From Nemertoderma westbladi (taxonomy: Eukaryota; Animalia; Xenacoelomorpha), in contig JAUCBJ010002486.1 in assembly GCA_032718475.1 (NCBI GenBank), positions 1 to 47,420 on the forward strand: a DNA stretch of 47,420 nucleotides, written 5' to 3'. A model generated the notes under the pieces. The model saw only the letters and a list, made by a program, of their open reading frames with translations, was not told the origin of the DNA and did no database searches. This document shows positions 43,948 to 47,420 of the stretch, piece after piece. The translations under genes and the position numbers were made by a program. Each line of letters starts with the position of its first letter. Positions within the stretch are counted from its first letter, which is position 1.

Positions 43948-45857
43948 TATAGAATTATATTCTCTAAATGCCGTGGATTTTCAAAATTTTTATTTTATTC
44001 GAATTAACTTTGTTAAAAGATTACATTAAGTCCTCATTTGTATTTGCTATATCTATTTGTACGATGATTAGTCAAGTGGTTCAGTAGCTCAGTCGGTAGA
44101 GCGTTTGAAATTATATGTAGTGTGTATTGAGTTCGAATCCTAGTAGGTGCGAATTATTTTTTGTGCAGAATTTCAACTCATTTAAATTGACCGCTACAAA
44201 TTAATTGCATTTGCTTGAAGTAAGGTTAACCAATGAGACTGTAGTTATTAGATTGTAACCAATGTCGTACAAGTTATATATTTGCTGGAACAATAGCTAT
44301 CTTTAAAAACCTGTTAGAACCTATAGAACAATCGAGAATTTTCTCGATTGATTGCGGCACAAATTTGCTATATAAAGGTGCGATTTGTTCATTAGTTATT
44401 CAGTCTATCTTAGCATTCTTCTTCTGTTTCTTACATCCATTAGTTATTTCAGATTACATTGTTTATTGTAATAGTTATTGTTTGATTTTGTAATAAAAGT
44501 TAGAAATACTTGTCACATCTGCCCTTTTCTATCTGTTTTACTATGCTTCACCACGGAGAACTCAACTGAGGGACAGGATGGCTGGCTAAACATCGGGCCA
44601 CAGTAATGAACGGGAACATTTAAGGAATGTAGACAGGAGACAACCCGCAATATCACTCTTAGTTATTCGCCCATCGCCTGAAAGGTTAGACAGCGTTCGA
44701 TGCCTTGCTACCTAAGTATAAGACCAAAGATCGAAGGTAGAAGTAGTGACACGCTGTGCACCAAAAATTACATCTAGGAATTGTACTGTTTTAATTCAGG
44801 AAAAAACCGCAGTAGACCTTCATATTCCTACGGGGGAGGGGGAGAGCAGGCAGAGATACTAGTACGCAGATAGGACGTAGGCACACCGGTACAAAGCATA
44901 CACATTGGTAGGGTGCAGCAAACTGTACGCCTAACTCTTGCTAAGTACAGGTGCGTCTGTGACTATTTGTAGTACAACGGTGTCCATTGCATTAGAACTT
45001 GTAGGCTAGGAGGGTTACTGTGTTTCACCTGAATTAGGATTGTACCGTTCAGGCGGTAGGGCAGTTTACGACTAGGCGCAAATAAATTGAGGCTAATTAG
45101 GGATACTAACATCTACCGTGTCCCCGCCGACATCCTGATAGGAAGTTACCAAGCCCACCTAGGTAACCAAAATTCTAGATAGGACACCAGGCTAGCTATT
45201 AGTAACCGTACGCCTACTGTAGTAAACTAACACATTTCTTCTTAGTATTCGGGACCTGGTAAATAAAAAATTGCCAAATTCTGGGCGTAGTATTAACCTT
45301 ATGCCCGAATTTGAGTCCTGGAAATACGCAAGAGGGGAAGGAACCTTATTATTCGTGAGTATTGGACCTACAAGTTACAAAATTAGAATATTCGTAAAAT
45401 GCACACCGTACCCAGTAATTATATATATGAAGGAGCAAAACTGATCTTGACTGTTCAGAATTAACACACGCGCGTTAGAAATTATTTACACCTCAAAATA
45501 TATAAAATTAACTTTTGTCCGTACTGCACTTTGCCCGCTAGTTAGACATCTCCAAATCTCTGCACCTAGCTAGCGTCCTTTTCGCCCAACCATATAAATC
45601 ACACCGCGGCAAAGTATACGAGCCCCTTAGTCCGTCAGTGAGTCACCCTGATTTTAGGATTCGCTGCGCGGGATTTTGTTTTATCGAAGTTTGTCTGTTC
45701 GTAGACTGTTTTCTGCCTCACCGGTTATAAGAGACCGATACTGCATATATATTCGCTTACTTGGAGTTTACTGTTTTGGTGAGAAGGTCGGATTTATGAT
45801 TTGATCCACAAACTTTACAGTAAGATATTGCAGGTATTGTTACTGTCTCTTCGAATA
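43948..45857 (+). repeat. 3' LTR of the BEL element
   Basis: 1910-bp direct repeat of 26539-28448, followed by TSD TACAA. Confidence 0.97.
44078..44162 (+). promoter_or_regulatory. tRNA-like Pol III A/B-box cassette in the 3' LTR
   Basis: A box and D arm TAGCTCAGTCGGTAGAGC (44085-44102), B box GAGTTCGAATCC (44129-44140) at tRNA spacing, T6 run at 44157-44162. Acceptor and anticodon stems do not pair. Confidence 0.75.
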
Positions 45858-45892
45858 TACAATCATTTGGTAATGTTAAAATTTTGGAATAA

Positions 45893-46043
45893 AACTACAT
45901 ACATACTTGTTGCAAAGTACTTTACAGTGTTCTGAACCTCGTGGCTTTATTTTCACTCACTCACTAACGTTCGTTCGTGTAACAAAGCCACTCGGATCAT
46001 CACACTGTAAAGTTCTACTTTACACACAAGTATGTAAATAGTT
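45893..46043. mobile_element. ~150-bp foldback palindrome adjoining the MITE
   Basis: TACATACTTGT/ACAAGTATGTA, ACTTTACAGTGT/ACACTGTAAAGT and GTGGCTTT/AAAGCCAC are nested inverted pairs. Confidence 0.75.
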
Positions 46044-47420
46044 ATTACATTAGCTTCAATATGATGTCCAAAATCTGAAGAATCCTTTGCAAATACATCC
46101 GAAAATTCCCAACATATTTCTTTCAAATTTTCAACCTCTTTAGATGACCAGCTCATCGGGGATTCAAAATTGTTTAAGAAATCCCGTTTTACTAAGATGT
46201 TGTTCTCATTTTTGTCATTTATAGCCACTGCGCAACAACCTTTGTTGATATCATATGGGATAGTAATTTCCATTTTTCCAAAATCGATTTACAATTTTCA
46301 TGGACATTAATATATCTTTGCCTAATATATCTTCAACATCGTTACTTGGCATCACAAATCCAAACCATTGATTGACAAGTAACACGATCCCCTATACGAA
46401 ACTCAAAATATCCGTATTCCGTCACAGTAAAATTAAAACTACCCAGAGTTGTGAACAACTTTCGAGATCCACTCCGTATTTGTAATGCAGCTTGCCTAAA
46501 TTTTTTTTAAATCAGGCTCAAAACTGTAATTAGATCCAGAATCTATCAATGTTTTACAATTCTTACTCACACCTGTCACCCACACTGTTGTAGATAAGGC
46601 TGGCAATGACATTAATTTCCCGGTGTCATTGACAGCCCCGTCCCGTTTTTGGTTTATTTCTACAAACAGATGCTATATGATTTATTTCACCACATTTATA
46701 ACACCTTTCCTTTCCAACAACGTTGTGTTGAATGGTTACGCTTTCCACATTTGAGGCACTGAATTTCTGTCGACTTTGTTGCTGCACATTTCCACTTAAA
46801 TTCTTCATCTGGTAAACGTTGTATGAAAGCCGCTACCTCCTGAGGTGGCGCATTTTTGTTACTGTACGTACATCCATGCTTGTATGGTCGGACGTATGTT
46901 AGCGTTATTGGAACTCACCAAACGTTGCACAATTAATTGCACAATTAATTGCATTATCTTGCAAGTTCAGATAATATGCTAGAAAGCGTAACCGTTGTAA
47001 ACTCATCTCGGCAAATTCTGCAGCAATTGGTCGTATTTGTCGATACCATTCTACTTTAATTGCCTCAAACGCAGTTTTTAATGTAGTACGACTATCTACG
47101 AATTTATATTCCAATATTGATAATAATCCCCCTGATAAAATTGGTAACAAAGTAACCATTTCTTTGCCATTTGTGGATTCGTCATATTTATTTCGAATAA
47201 ACCATGCTTCCACTTGACGTGCCCACGCGGTGTACGATATTGATTCCACAGATAAGATTGGTATACCCGACATATAATAATAATTCTAACATAATATCAA
47301 GCTACACACTGCGCCATTATTATGTGTTTGAACAAAGAAAGTTGTATAATTAATTAGTTTTATTAACAAACATTTAACTGGCTTACTTTCCTTCCATCAC
47401 CCTATATAACTGATCGTATT
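46041..47420 (-). mobile_element. 5' half of a decayed Ty3/Gypsy element (LTR edge, PBS, gag, protease)
   Basis: PBS TGGCGCAGTGTGTAGC at 47316-47301; gag ATG at 47273; knuckle CYKCGEINHIASVC; protease KTLIDSGS (~46530-46555). EFSDVFAKDSSDFGHHIEANVIT joins IETQNNDPINIRSYR at ~26103, with GTTATT duplicated at 26104-26109 and 46041-46046. Confidence 0.85.

Larger units (their letters stand above)
26539..45857 (+). mobile_element. Full-length giant BEL/Pao LTR retrotransposon (19,319 bp)
   Basis: Two 1910-bp direct repeats; 5-bp TSD TACAA (26534-26538, 45858-45862); BEL-type Gag-PR-RT-RH-IN polyprotein; extra downstream ORF. Confidence 0.97.
26105..45892. mobile_element. ~0.47-kb MITE-like element (26105-26538 plus 45863-45892) split by the BEL insertion
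   Basis: 23-bp inverted repeats TTATTCCAAAATTGTAACATTAC (26105-26127) and GTAATGTTAAAATTTTGGAATAA (45870-45892), 1 mismatch. Confidence 0.65.

Noticed and set aside
44078-44150. Functional tRNA gene
   Set aside because: Acceptor and anticodon stems cannot pair; only the promoter boxes and D arm remain.

Overview
AT-rich eukaryotic (probably invertebrate animal) DNA made almost entirely of nested transposable elements; no host gene is recognisable. The left half holds an RTE-X/Proto2-like LINE split by a piggyBac derivative and a 3-kb unclassified insert, CR1/L2, CRE and several RTE fragments, a GC-rich Mag-like Ty3/Gypsy element with tiny LTRs, and a 1.4-kb hAT-type foldback MITE. The right half is dominated by a young 19.3-kb BEL/Pao LTR retrotransposon (26539-45857; 1910-bp LTRs about 99% identical; TACAA target duplication) inserted in a MITE inside a decayed Gypsy. 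This BEL element has several unusual features. (1) Its gag ORF is interrupted by a 1.2-kb sequence that folds into a complete group I self-splicing intron core (P1 with U.G, P3-P8), and removing it restores the reading frame. (2) It has no tRNA primer-binding site; instead the 12 nt after the 5' LTR are exactly complementary to a sequence in its own LTR, suggesting self-priming. (3) Its termini are TA...TA. (4) U3 carries a tRNA-like A/B-box cassette. (5) Nine copies of a 20-nt hairpin motif are dispersed across the internal region. (6) An extra ORF of about 1100 aa in the env position encodes a WRN/EXD-like DEDDy exonuclease domain plus zinc knuckles. All calls were made by eye; no database searches or folding programs were run.
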